DNA from: Sphingomonadaceae bacterium
GTDB lineage: Bacteria; Chloroflexota; UBA6077
Length of the DNA: 62,589 nt
Reading direction: 5' to 3'
NCBI GenBank assembly: GCA_050261575.1
Contig: JBLNDL010000006.1
Span: 1 to 62,589, forward strand
Shown here one piece after another: positions 37,370-48,332 of the stretch. How positions within the stretch are numbered: the first letter of the stretch is position 1; the number at the start of each line of letters is the position of its first letter. A model generated the notes under the pieces. It saw nothing but the letters and a program-made list of their open reading frames with translations. It did no database searches and was not told the origin of the DNA. Position numbers and translations under genes: made by a program.

Positions 37370-38086
37370 TTACTGCGAGCCAGCGGCCTGCAAGACGTTC
37401 GAGAAGCGGTAGCCTAGCCCCGGCTCGTTGAGCAGGTAGCGGGGGTTCGACGCATCGTCGCCGATCTTGTGCCTGACCCTGCGCACGTACTCCCAGAGAC
37501 AGCCCGCAGAGCCATTTCTGTCTCCCCAGAGCCTCTCGAGGATCAGCTCAGTCGGAAGCACCTGGCCCGCGTTGCGTATCAGGAGCTGCAGCAGCCGAGC
37601 CTCCATCGGCGTCAGCCGTGACACGCCCTCCCTGGTCCGGGCCTCCCTGCGGCAGAAGTCTATGCTCAGGCCGTCGTCCACGCGCAAGATGGGGCCGGTG
37701 GGAACGCCCCACAGCCACGTGCGACGCAGCACCCGCCGGACTCGAGCCACCACCTCCCGGTTCGGGGCGGGCTTCACGATGTAGTCCTCGGCGTATAGTT
37801 CGAGGGCGGTCAGCTTCGTTTCCTCGTCCTCCAGCGCCGTCAGCACCACGATCGGCACGTCCCCGATCCGCTTGATGCGCCGGCACAGCTCCATTCCCTC
37901 CACAGGTGGAATCTGGATGTCCAGTACCACCAGATGGGGCATCTCACGTTGAAGACAGGTCAGCAACCGCCCTCCGTCGACGGCCTCCCGCACCCGGATG
38001 TCCTCCTCCTCCAGGCAGTCGCGCAGCCGCCGGCGGCTCTCGTCGTCGCGGTCGGCCACGAGCACAGTGGCCACAGGTGTACGCAT
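37370..38086 (-). CDS. OmpR-family response regulator
   Basis: LVVLD..P..GME, DYIVKP, LT..E..LL, EPG.GYRF. Confidence 0.9.
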   Translation of the reverse strand: MRTPVATVLVADRDDESRRRLRDCLEEEDIRVREAVDGGRLLTCLQREMPHLVVLDIQIPPVEGMELCRRIKRIGDVPIVVLTALEDEETKLTALELYAEDYIVKPAPNREVVARVRRVLRRTWLWGVPTGPILRVDDGLSIDFCRREARTREGVSRLTPMEARLLQLLIRNAGQVLPTELILERLWGDRNGSAGCLWEYVRRVRHKIGDDASNPRYLLNEPGLGYRFSNVLQAAGSQ

Positions 38087-38306
38087 CGACTCTCTCCAGA
38101 ACTTCTTGTGGGTGAGGAGAACCAACCGCAAGGGACAAGAAGTGGAACTCTGCATCTACTTCGTAGCAATACCCGTGCCAATGGACACAGCTCTCGAGAA
38201 TTGAGGTCTCTGTTGAGGTAGCCCCACTAGGCTGAGCTAATACCTTGCTCCCGGGGCTACCCCTGGTGGCGATGGTCCGCCGAAGACACTGTGCCGTGAG
38301 GAGAGG

Positions 38307-39536
38307 ATGCTCCCAGAGTCCACCCTGAACGTCCCGGTGCTGGGCAACAATTGGGCGGTGGGGCTGGCCTTCCAGATCCACCTGGTCCTCGTGCCCTTCA
38401 TCATGGGCGCGGCCATCGTGGCGCCCATCGCTGAGCTGCTCGGTCTCCGCGCGGGCGGCCAGTTCTGGGATCGGCTCGCCAGGGACCTCGTCGCGGCAAT
38501 GATCAAGCTGTTCTCCTTCGCCGCCACCTGGGCCGTGCTGGCTCTGGTGCTACTGTTCGGACTCTACCCGCGCCTGTTCGGTATGCTCACCGGCATCTTC
38601 TTCTGGCCGCTGGTCGTCGTCGCCGGCCTGTGGTTCGTCATGACCCTCAGCGTCTACCTGTACGGACACACCTGGGAGCGACTGGCCTCCAGGCGAGCGC
38701 TGCACGTAGCCTTGGGGGTCGCGTTCGCTGCATCGACCTTCGTCTTCATCAGCACCATCACCTTCCTGAGCTCCTACATGCTGACCCCCACGGATCCGAG
38801 CCAAACGGCGGTGGCAGCCGTGAACCCAAGTTGGCCCACGGAGATCCTTCACCGCCACGTGGGGAACCTCTCCTACGCCGGCATCCTGCTAACCGCCTAC
38901 GCGGGAGCGGAGATCCTCTACTTTTCGCGAGAGGATGGCGACAGGGCCTATTACGATTGGCTGGGGCATCTGGGGTTCATGCTGGGAGTCGGGTTGGCGC
39001 TGTTCCAGCCCTTTGGTGGCTGGTTGTACGCTCGCCAGATCCAGATGGCATCGCCAGGCGCCTATCACCTGATGATGATCGGCGACAACGCATGGATGTT
39101 CCTGGTACAAACCGCCCTCTTCGGCACTCTGCTCTTCCTGGGCAACCTTTACTTGGTCTTCGCGGTCCAGCGCGGGAATCCAGGGGCCGGGGTGGTCTCC
39201 TGGATGCGCAACTCCCTGTGGGCAATCGGGCTGCTGGTGCTCCTCGGTACCATCCCGAAGGAGTGGCCCCTGGGCACGATGACCCCGTGGAAGTACATCA
39301 GCCTCGGCGGACTGGTGCTGCTGAGCGCGCTGAACCTGGCGCTCTACTGGAGGTCCCGGCGGGACTTCGTCTGGGGGAGATCAGGGACCGGCGCGCAGGT
39401 GACGGCGGTCCTCCTAGGGGTTGCCATCGTGGCGTTGATCGTGACGATGGGCATCATCCGATCGAGTGCACGGGGCGACTACCTTATCTACGACCGGTTG
39501 GAGCCGGGCCAGAGCCAGCAGATCGGGCAGCCGTAG
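38307..39536 (+). CDS. Cytochrome bd subunit I-like (CydA-like) membrane protein 1
   Basis: His in TM1, NP....HR, YYDW.G, MG.IR; no obvious Q-loop. Confidence 0.75.
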   Translation: MLPESTLNVPVLGNNWAVGLAFQIHLVLVPFIMGAAIVAPIAELLGLRAGGQFWDRLARDLVAAMIKLFSFAATWAVLALVLLFGLYPRLFGMLTGIFFWPLVVVAGLWFVMTLSVYLYGHTWERLASRRALHVALGVAFAASTFVFISTITFLSSYMLTPTDPSQTAVAAVNPSWPTEILHRHVGNLSYAGILLTAYAGAEILYFSREDGDRAYYDWLGHLGFMLGVGLALFQPFGGWLYARQIQMASPGAYHLMMIGDNAWMFLVQTALFGTLLFLGNLYLVFAVQRGNPGAGVVSWMRNSLWAIGLLVLLGTIPKEWPLGTMTPWKYISLGGLVLLSALNLALYWRSRRDFVWGRSGTGAQVTAVLLGVAIVALIVTMGIIRSSARGDYLIYDRLEPGQSQQIGQP

Positions 39537-39552
39537 GCAAGGATTGCAGATC

Positions 39553-39780
39553 GTGAAGACCGAGCCGGCCGTCGTAATGGTGATCATACTGGGGAGCGTG
39601 GGCTTCTTCTTCCTGCTCCTCCCTCTGGGTGTGGTCCTCGCTAAGCTGAAGGCAGTGTGGCAGAGCGACCGGCGGACCGGGGTCGTGGTTTCGGGCGTGG
39701 TTCTCTTGACCGGGTTCTTCTTCACACTCTTCATCGTCGGGCTGGTGATCCTGTTGGGAACGGGGGCTTCGACAGAATGA
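39553..39780 (+). CDS. Small two-TM membrane protein
   Basis: Two hydrophobic helices; stop overlaps the Rieske start. Confidence 0.6.
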   Translation: MKTEPAVVMVIILGSVGFFFLLLPLGVVLAKLKAVWQSDRRTGVVVSGVVLLTGFFFTLFIVGLVILLGTGASTE

Positions 39781-40289
39781 CCGAGACGGCAAATCGGCAG
39801 CGAAGGATGGGTCGGCGGGGATTCTTCCAGTGGGGAGTGGCCGCCATCGCCGCGCTGTTCTCCGCGTTGCTGAGCATCCCCCTGATCGGCTTCTTCGCAT
39901 CAGCCCTCTTCAGGCGGCCCCCAGAAGAATGGGCGCGTGTATGCTCACTCGACGAGATCAGGACGGACGTTCCCACCCAGTTCCGGGTGGCCTTCACCAG
40001 GAGGGACGCCTTCACGGAGTACAGAGAGGAGCACGGAGTGTTCGTCATCCGGAAGGGGGCGGACATCCTGGCGTTCTCCAACATCTGCACCCACATGGGC
40101 TGCTCGGTCCGGTGGCTGGACTGGCGACAGCAGATCCTCTGCCCCTGCCACGGCGGCATGTACGACCGCTGGGGCATCCTGGTGGGAGGTCCTCCCGCCC
40201 GCGACCTTCCCCTCTTCGTGCAGAGGATAGAGGGGAACGACCTGTACGTAGCCAACCGCATCGATCCTCAGGGGAGGCGGGATGCGTAA
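39777..40289 (+). CDS. Rieske iron-sulfur protein
   Basis: Tat-like GRRGFF, CTHMGC, CPCHGGMY. Confidence 0.93.
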   Translation: MTETANRQRRMGRRGFFQWGVAAIAALFSALLSIPLIGFFASALFRRPPEEWARVCSLDEIRTDVPTQFRVAFTRRDAFTEYREEHGVFVIRKGADILAFSNICTHMGCSVRWLDWRQQILCPCHGGMYDRWGILVGGPPARDLPLFVQRIEGNDLYVANRIDPQGRRDA

Positions 40290-41472
40290 CTCGATCGGCA
40301 ACCGAATCTACCGCTGGCTGGACACCAGGCTGGGGATAGGCCCCATGCTCGAGCGGCTCCTCCGCGACCCCGTGCCGGAACGTGGGGGCTGGTGGTATAC
40401 CCTGGGCGCGGCCCTCTTCGTCCTGCTGATCGTGCAGGTGATCACCGGCATCTTCCTGATGCTCTACTACGTCCCGTCGTGGGAGGAGGCACGCGCCAGC
40501 ATCATCTACATCCAGCAGCAGGTTGCCATGGGCTGGCTCGTGCGGGGCATCCACTACTGGAACATGGTGGCGCTGGTGCTGCTGATCGGGATCCACATGG
40601 TGCGCACCTTCGTCTCGGCCGCCTACAAGGTGCCGCGAGAGCTCACCTGGGCGCTCGGCGTCATCCTGCTGGTGCTGATGGTTGCCACCGCCTTTACCGG
40701 GGGCATACTCCGATGGGACCAGTCGGGCTACTTCGACGCCGTCGTCGGGACCACCATCGCCGCCTGGACACCCCTGGTGGGAGAGTGGCTCGCCACCCTG
40801 TGGCGGGGAGGGGACATCATCAACCCCCTCACCCTTACCCGCACCTTCACCTTCCACGTCTGGCTTCTGCCGGCGCCGCTCGTGCTCTTTGCCGCAGTCC
40901 ACATCACCCTGGTGGTGATCAACGGCCAGTACGGCTCCTGGATCAACTACGAGCCCGAGCCGCCGGACGCGCCCCCGTTCGACGAGGCGGAAGAGGCATC
41001 CCGGCAGAAGCTGGAGCGGGAGGTACTCGATCCCCGCAGTCGCAAAGTCAACCTGCCGGTGCGGACCACCTGGTTCTTCCCGCACCACATATTCAAGGAG
41101 GGAGTTGTTGCCCTGGGGCTCTTCCTGGGGGTGCTGCTGGCAGCCGTCCTCTTCCCAGCGCCCATCGACGAGCCGGTGGACCCGGCCACCGCGACCTACG
41201 CCCCCACATCCATGTGGTTCTGGCTCTTCCTGGATCAGATGCTGCTGCTCTTCCCGGGGCAACTGACCCCTATAGGTGCGGTGATAGCGCCCGGGCTCGT
41301 GTTCCTCCTGCTGCTGCTCCTTCCCTGGATCGACCGCTCCCCGATGGTACGACCCAACCACCGCCCGGCAATGATCGTCTTCATCTTCGTGCTGGTTGCT
41401 GCCATCTTCGTCCTGGGGTTGCTGGCGGCCTCCAGGGTCTACAACTACGAGTTCATCAACCGCCCCCGCTGA
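40282..41472 (+). CDS. Cytochrome b of a Rieske/cyt b complex (single chain)
   Basis: Four heme His, RE.TW..G, WDQ.G, TL.R.F.FH. Confidence 0.93.
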   Translation: MRNSIGNRIYRWLDTRLGIGPMLERLLRDPVPERGGWWYTLGAALFVLLIVQVITGIFLMLYYVPSWEEARASIIYIQQQVAMGWLVRGIHYWNMVALVLLIGIHMVRTFVSAAYKVPRELTWALGVILLVLMVATAFTGGILRWDQSGYFDAVVGTTIAAWTPLVGEWLATLWRGGDIINPLTLTRTFTFHVWLLPAPLVLFAAVHITLVVINGQYGSWINYEPEPPDAPPFDEAEEASRQKLEREVLDPRSRKVNLPVRTTWFFPHHIFKEGVVALGLFLGVLLAAVLFPAPIDEPVDPATATYAPTSMWFWLFLDQMLLLFPGQLTPIGAVIAPGLVFLLLLLLPWIDRSPMVRPNHRPAMIVFIFVLVAAIFVLGLLAASRVYNYEFINRPR

Positions 41473-41475
41473 GAG

Positions 41476-42837
41476 ATGACGATGGAACCAACCCTGGTCC
41501 CAGAACTGATACGCCGGCTCTCGATGGCCCTGCTGATGCTGATCCACATCCAGTTCGCGGCCTTCCTGATAGGCATCTTCGGGCTCGGCGTCACCATGGA
41601 GTTCCTCGGGGTGCTCAGTCCGAGAAACCGACACTTCGACCGCGCCGGCCGCTCTCTAGCCAGAACGTCCGTGCTGCTGTATGGGACCGGAGCCGTCCTG
41701 GCCATCAGCTTCATCCTGGTGATCGCGCTCCTCTGGCCGACATTCTGGTACACCATCGTGCGGATCACCCTGTGGCCGATGGTGCTGGAGGGCATCACCT
41801 TCGTTCTCACGATCCTCTATCTGTTCCCGTGGTACTACACCTGGGACGCGCTGGCGCGCCTCAAGGCGGTCCACGTCTCCATGGGGCTGGCACTGGTGGT
41901 GGTAGCCCAGCTCCAGCAGAGCATGATCGACATCATGGCGGGCTACATGCTGACCCCGGTGCCCCCCGAGGATATCCTGAGGGTCTTCCTGAACCCCACC
42001 GCCATACCGCTGGACATGCACCGCATCATCGGCGACATCTCCTTCGCGGGGTTCGTCCTGGCCGGGTACGCCGGCTTCAGGACGCTGCAGGCTCGGGAAG
42101 AGGAGCAGCGCAGGTACTACGACTGGTTCGGCAACGTGGCCCTCCTAGCCGGCCTGGGCTTCATGTTCCTTCAGCCCGCCGTGGGTCTGGCCTACCTGGA
42201 GGAGATCCGCGCCAACGCCCCCGGCGCCTTCACAGTCATGATGCGGGGACGGCTCTCCTGGGTCTTCCTCGTCCAATCGGCCTTTCTCAGCGCGCTCTTC
42301 TTCCTGAGCGTCCTATACATGCTGCTGCGGATGCGAGACGCCAACAGGCCGCGCATCCGACTGATGAGGGCGCTGCTGATCGTGGTCGGCCTTTCCTCAC
42401 TCCTGCTGGTGCAGCCCTACGTCCTCGGCCCCAGCCAGGACCACATGTGGATCAACTGGGTCAACCCCATCGGGGCAATGCAGCCCTGGAAGTACCTGGC
42501 CCTGGGTGGGCTCAGCCTCGGGTCGATCGGAGCCCTCTTCGCATACCTCACCGTGCAGCGCCACGGCATGCGGTGGGGGCAACTGGGCAGAGACGCTCGC
42601 AGAGCCCAGTACGCGCTGCTGGCCGTGGCGGCGCTGGGCAGCGCCATGATGCTGATCATGGGCTACATCCGCGAGAGCGGCCGCGATCCGTATCTCATCT
42701 ACTACGACATGCGCATAGACGAGGAGACGCGCTTCCCCAGGCTGGAGCCCACGCCGTCCCCGGCCCCATCCTCCGCACAGCCTCCGGGATCCGCGTCGAT
42801 TGGCCCGCAGTCTCCGGGCACTGAGGTCGCGCGATGA
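41476..42837 (+). CDS. CydA-like membrane protein 2
   Basis: LIH..FA, NP....HR, YYDW.G, MGYIRESGRDPY (GRQPW-like). Confidence 0.78.
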   Translation: MTMEPTLVPELIRRLSMALLMLIHIQFAAFLIGIFGLGVTMEFLGVLSPRNRHFDRAGRSLARTSVLLYGTGAVLAISFILVIALLWPTFWYTIVRITLWPMVLEGITFVLTILYLFPWYYTWDALARLKAVHVSMGLALVVVAQLQQSMIDIMAGYMLTPVPPEDILRVFLNPTAIPLDMHRIIGDISFAGFVLAGYAGFRTLQAREEEQRRYYDWFGNVALLAGLGFMFLQPAVGLAYLEEIRANAPGAFTVMMRGRLSWVFLVQSAFLSALFFLSVLYMLLRMRDANRPRIRLMRALLIVVGLSSLLLVQPYVLGPSQDHMWINWVNPIGAMQPWKYLALGGLSLGSIGALFAYLTVQRHGMRWGQLGRDARRAQYALLAVAALGSAMMLIMGYIRESGRDPYLIYYDMRIDEETRFPRLEPTPSPAPSSAQPPGSASIGPQSPGTEVAR

Positions 42838-43325
42838 GAGGCGAGGGGAGACAGATCGGTTGCGGCCCGCTGGCCTGGGCCACCGTTGCGGCGGGAGTGG
42901 TCCTCATGGTCCTCTCGGGGATGGTCGTGGAGCAGTTGGACGAGGGCCCCCCGCCAGGCTACGTAGGCGGAGACATACCAGGCCAGTATAGGGGGCGAGT
43001 CAATCCCTTCGCCCTCGACGACCAACGGGCCTTGGCGGCCGGGCAGGCCGTCTACCAGGCGGAATGCGCCTATTGCCACGGCAACAACGGCACTGGCGAC
43101 GGCCCGCAGGCCCCGTACCTGGAGCCCGCGCCCGCCAACTTCTCCGCGCCCTCGATGCTGAGCGCGTTCCGGGACCATCCGGATTACGTCTTCTGGTGGG
43201 TGAGCGAGGGGGTGGCGGAGACCGGCATGCCGGCCTTCAAGGACGAGCTGAGCGAGACCGAGCGGTGGCAGGTGATCACCTACGCCTGGTACCTGGCGGA
43301 GCAGGCGGCCGAGACTGAGGGCTGA
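42834..43325 (+). CDS. Membrane-anchored monoheme cytochrome c
   Basis: CAYCH, G.GDGP, MPAF, N-terminal TM helix. Confidence 0.92.
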   Translation: MRGEGRQIGCGPLAWATVAAGVVLMVLSGMVVEQLDEGPPPGYVGGDIPGQYRGRVNPFALDDQRALAAGQAVYQAECAYCHGNNGTGDGPQAPYLEPAPANFSAPSMLSAFRDHPDYVFWWVSEGVAETGMPAFKDELSETERWQVITYAWYLAEQAAETEG

Positions 43326-43510
43326 GCCCCGATGTGGAGCGAGGGCTCGTCCCCTGCAGAGGGGCCAATCGGGGAGGGGGAAACGGCCATGGTGTGGGGC
43401 AGGGGCTCGTCCCCTACCGCCGGGCCGCTGGGAGGGCGACGGGGCACGAGACCCGCCCGCCACCCAGACTCACACGCGGTCTGGCTTTGGGAGGCATCAC
43501 GAGGAAACCC

Positions 43511-43879
43511 ATGAGGCTGTCCGAGATCGATGCCGAGCAGCGAAAACGGCTGCTGGCAGACCCAGACAACTTCCCGCTGCGAGTTGCCTTCCTGGGCAAG
43601 GTGGGGATCCTCACCTTCGAGGAGGTATCCTTCCTCCTGCGGAGCGGGGTGGACCCGGACTTCGACCGCGGGCAGGTGGAACAGGTCCTGGGGGAACCGG
43701 TGAGGCCAGCCCTCGAGGTTGGGGCGGAGGCGGAGATCACGACCCCGCGGGTGGTCGAGGCCGTCGTTCCACCCCCTCCCCGCCGAGAAACCTACCGGCT
43801 GCCGTCTGGCACCATCGCCCTCTTGGCGGGTGCTGCGGGCGTGCTCCTCCGGCTGGTGAGGCGGCTGCTGCGGCTGTAG
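43511..43879 (+). CDS. Hypothetical protein with C-terminal TM helix
   Basis: GAGG RBS, hydrophobic C-terminus. Confidence 0.55.
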   Translation: MRLSEIDAEQRKRLLADPDNFPLRVAFLGKVGILTFEEVSFLLRSGVDPDFDRGQVEQVLGEPVRPALEVGAEAEITTPRVVEAVVPPPPRRETYRLPSGTIALLAGAAGVLLRLVRRLLRL

Positions 43880-44005
43880 ATGGCGCGTTGAGGCCGCCGT
43901 TGAGGCCGCGGTGATAGCGTCGCCATGCGACGCCGACAACACTCGAGGCATGGCCTGAGGTGGCTCGCCAACAGAGGCAGACACCTCCACAGGAGGGAGC
44001 GGGCA

Positions 44006-47000
44006 ATGGTCTTGCCGAACGATTCCGGAAAGGGGCCTTGGAAGCGGCTCTCCGACTTCGCCAGCAACTGGTCGCTGCTGCGCCAGATCGCCGACATCGG
44101 GATGGGTCCCGAGGCCATCAGCAGCCACACCAGAGAGTTGCAGGCCAGGATCCTGGACGCCGACAGGAAGGTGGTCAGCGTCTGCCCTTACTGCGCCGTC
44201 GGCTGCAGTCAACTGATTTACGTCAAGAACGGCGCCATCATCGATATCGAGGGCAACCCCGAATCCCCCATCAATCGAGGGACCCTCTGCCCCAAGGGCG
44301 CGGCCACCTTCGAACTGCTGAACAACCCCAACCGTTGGACCACAGTGAAGTACCGGGCCCCTTACAGCGACCACTGGGAGGATCGGCCGCTGGATTGGGC
44401 CATGGATCGCATCGCCCACCTCGTCAAGGCGACACGAGACGAGCACTGGCGCCAGTGGAACCAGGCGGGCCAGGAGGTTCGCCACCTCACCGCCATAGCG
44501 TCCCTGGGCGGGGCTACCCTGGACAACGAGGAGAACTACCTGATCAAGAAGCTGTTCAACGGCGGGCTCGGGATGGTGTGGATCGAGAACCAGGCCCGGG
44601 TTTGACACAGCTCCTCGGTGCCCGGTCTGGGCGCCACCTTCGGCCGAGGGGCCGCCACCACCAACCAGTGGGATCTGGCGAACAGCGACGCCGTGCTGAT
44701 CATGGGCTCAGACATGGCAGAGTGCCACCCAGTAGCCCACCGCTTCGTGATGGAGGCGCGACGCAAGGGCGCGAAGGTCATTCACGTGGACCCACGCTTC
44801 ACCCGCACCTCCGCAGTGTCCGACCTGTACGTTCGGATCCGCCCGGGCACCGACATCGCTTTCCTCGGGGGGCTGATCCACCACATCCTGGAGAACGACC
44901 TCTGGTTCCGGGACTACGTACTCAGCTACACCAACGCTGCCCAGTTGATCCGGGAGGACTTCCAGGACACCGAGGAGCTGGAGGGGCTCTTCTCCGGGTT
45001 CGATCGAGAGAAGGCGGTCTACGATCGACGCTCCTGGCAGTACAGAGCCCAGCCCGTGCCTTCGATGCTCGCCGAGCACTACGCCCAGGATAGCGAGCCT
45101 CAGAGCGTGACTGCGAAATCCATGGTGACCCTGGCCGAGGATAGGGACTTCACGCTCCAGGACCCACGATGCGTCTTCCAGATCCTCAAGCGCCACTACT
45201 CCCGCTACACTCCGGAGATGGTGGCCTCCGTCTGCGGCTGCTCTCCCGACCAGGTGGTCCGGGTGGCCAGGGTACTCGCGGAGAACTCCGGCCGGGAGCG
45301 GACGGCCTCCATCTGCTACGCCGTGGGCTGGACCCAGCACACCGTCGGCTGCCAAATGATCAGGGCGGCAGGCATCCTCCAACTGCTGCTGGGCAACGTG
45401 GGCCGGCCGGGAGGCGGCATCCAGGCGCTTCGGGGCCACGCGTCCATCCAGGGATCCACCGACATCCCGACCCTCTACAACCTGCTGCCAGGCTACCTAG
45501 CTCAGCCCTCCACCGATAGCGACCACGGCTCGTTGGCGCGATACCTCGAAACGGAAACCCCCAGGTTGGGGTTCTGGCACGATCTGCCGAAGTTCATGGT
45601 CAGCCTCCTCAAAGCATGGTACGGCGACGCGGCCACTCAGGAAAACGACTTCTGCTTCCGCCATCTACCCCTCGTCGACGCCGACTACTCCCAGGAAGCG
45701 ATGATGCTGGCTATCCACGACGGCTCGATCAAGGGATTCCTCTTGCTGGGCCAGAACCCGGCCGTGGGCGGCCACAACGCAGGCCTCGTCAGAAGAGGGC
45801 TGGCACAACTGGATTGGATGGTGGTTAGGGACGGATTCGAGACGGAGACTGCCTCCTTCTGGTATGCCTCATCCGAGGCCAGGAGCGGAGAACTGGACCC
45901 TCGCCGTATCAAGACCGAGGTCTTCTTCCTCCCCGCCTCCTTCCCAGGGGAGAAGGAGGGCAGCTTCACCAACACCCAGCGGCTGATCCAGTATCACGAC
46001 AAAGCCGTCGACCCTCCCGACGACGCCAGATCCGATCTGTGGTTCGTGTACCACCTGGGCCGCCGGCTCAAGGAGCTGTACCGGGACAGCACCGATCCCA
46101 AGGACCAGGCGATCAAGGATCTCACCTGGGACTACCCGACGATCGGCAGGATCGAGGAGCCGAGCGCCGAGCACGTGCTTCGAGAGATCAACGGCTACCA
46201 TTGGGCTTCCCGATGGGAGGATCGCCGCCAGGTCAGGGAGTACACGGAGCTGAAGGACGATGGCTCCACCGCCTCCGGCTGCTGGCTCTACTGCGGCGTA
46301 TTCCCCGATGTGGAGAAGAACCTCGCCCGCAACCGCACCCCGGACCCTGATTGGAGCCCCGGGAGCCACCTGGGGTGGGGCTTCAGTTGGCCCGGCAACC
46401 GGCGCATCATGTACAACCGCTGCTCGGCCGATCCGGATGGGCAGCCTTGGTCCGAGCGCAAGCGGTACGTCTGGTGGGATCAGGAGCGGGGAAAGTGGGT
46501 GGGATACGACATCCCGGACTTCCCGACCGAGAAGCCTCCCACCTATACACCGCCTCCGGGCGCGACGGGGATGGACGCCCACACCGGCAGCGAGCCATAC
46601 ACCGTCGCCCCCGACGGCAGGGCCTGGCTCTTCGCCCCAGCGGGCATGAAGGACGGTCCGCTGCCAACTCACTACGAGCCGGTGGAATCGCCGGTGGCCA
46701 ACCTTCTGTACCCCTCTCAGCAGATCAGCCCGGTGGCGGGACTGTTCCGTCGCACCGATAACCCGTACGCGGCGGTGGGCGATCCCCGCTTCCCCTACGT
46801 GATCACCACCTATCGCCTCACCGAGCACCACACTGGGGGCACCATGACCCGGTGGCTGCCGTGGCTGGCCGAGCTCCAGCCGGCCGGCTTCGCCGAGATC
46901 AGTCCGGAACTGGCCGCGGAGAAGGGGATCCGGACCGGGGACTGGGTGACCGTCTCCTCGGCCCGAGGCGAGATCGAGGCCATCGCCCTGGTGACTCCTC

Positions 47001-47197
47001 GGATGGCCCCACTCCACGTCGGCGGAAAGGTGATCCACACCGTGGGAATGCCCTGGCACTACGGCTACAAGGGGATCGCCGAAGGGGATATCGTCAACAC
47101 CCTCTCCCACATCTCCGAAGACCCTAACAGCAGGATTCACGAGGGCAAGGTGTTCACATGCAACCTGACCCCCGGCCGGAAGGGGGGGCTCCGATGA
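44006..47197 (+). CDS. Selenocysteine-containing formate dehydrogenase alpha subunit (in-frame TGA at 44603)
   Basis: CPYCAVGC...LCPKG; NQARV-U-HS; frame continues into ORF 44618-47197 with LRGH..IQG.TD and molybdopterin-binding C-terminus. Confidence 0.93.
44617..44635 (+). promoter_or_regulatory. Bacterial SECIS element
   Basis: GGTGCCC-GGTCT-GGGCGCC hairpin starting 11 nt after the TGA. Confidence 0.85.
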
Positions 47198-48210
47198 GCG
47201 TGCACGTCTTGCACCTGGCCCACGAGGAACAGGGCGGACCCGATTACTCCGGCCCCCTGGCAAGCGAACAGCGGGACGGTCCGGGCTACAAGGTGACCCC
47301 GCCGGAGACCCGGGCCGAGTCGGTGCTGACCTCCGGCTTCAGGGTCGAGCCGGGGGTGGCCTACGGCTTCTTCACCGACGCGACCGTGTGCATCGGTTGC
47401 AAGGCATGCGAGGCCGCGTGCAAGCAGTGGAACCAACTCCCGATGGACGATCTCGGCCTGAAGGGCACCAGCTACGACAACACCGGCGAGCTGAGCGCCA
47501 CGACCTGGCGCCACGTGGCGTTCGTGGAGGAATTCCCGCAGGAGCCAGGGAACGGGGGCCGAGGGTCGCGGGTCAGAGGACCGGCCCCGCCCCCCCGTCC
47601 TCCAGTCTCCGGGAGACTCCCCGGGCGGTGGCTGTTCATGAGCGACGTGTGCAAGCACTGCGAGCAGGCCGGCTGCCTGGAGGCCTGCCCCACAGGGGCC
47701 ATCGTCCGCACGGAGTTCCAGTCCGTGTTCATCCAGCAGGACGTGTGCAACGGCTGCAAGTACTGCGTCCCTAGCTGTCCCTTCGGCGTGATCACCACGG
47801 CGGACGGGTTGGACAACAAGGCCCACAAGTGCACCCTATGCTACGATCGTCTGAAGGCAGGGCTGGAGCCGGCCTGCGCCAAGGCCTGCCCCACCGATTC
47901 CATCCTGTTCGGTCCGGTGGAGGAGCTAAGACGGATAGCGCGCAGGCGGGTGGAGGAGCTACACGCTCGTGGAATGCGAGAGGCGTACCTCTACGGGGTC
48001 CCTGGCTCGCCAGGCGCCACGGGCGGCATTCGCGGGCTAAACTGCTTCTTCCTGCTCACCGAGCGACCGGAGGCCTACAACCTGCCATCGGCCCCCGAAC
48101 TGCCGTCCCGGCGGGTCATCCCGGCATCCCTGACAGGTGCGGCGGCGGCGCTCGTCTACGGGCTAGTTGCGATCCTCGCCATCCGCGCGACACGCAGAGA
48201 GAAACGCTGA
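47194..48210 (+). CDS. Formate dehydrogenase iron-sulfur beta subunit
   Basis: Four 4Fe-4S motifs (CIGCKAC, CKHC..AGC, CNGCKYC, KCTLC) and C-terminal TM helix. Confidence 0.92.
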   Translation: MSVHVLHLAHEEQGGPDYSGPLASEQRDGPGYKVTPPETRAESVLTSGFRVEPGVAYGFFTDATVCIGCKACEAACKQWNQLPMDDLGLKGTSYDNTGELSATTWRHVAFVEEFPQEPGNGGRGSRVRGPAPPPRPPVSGRLPGRWLFMSDVCKHCEQAGCLEACPTGAIVRTEFQSVFIQQDVCNGCKYCVPSCPFGVITTADGLDNKAHKCTLCYDRLKAGLEPACAKACPTDSILFGPVEELRRIARRRVEELHARGMREAYLYGVPGSPGATGGIRGLNCFFLLTERPEAYNLPSAPELPSRRVIPASLTGAAAALVYGLVAILAIRATRREKR

Positions 48211-48332
48211 GAAGCCCTATCAGACCCGCAGATTACGCAGATGCACACGGATGCGGATCAAGCGGCCATGCATCTGCAGCGATCTGCTACATCTGCGGTT
48301 CGGTTCCATTGGTGTGCCAAGGAGGAGGAAGG

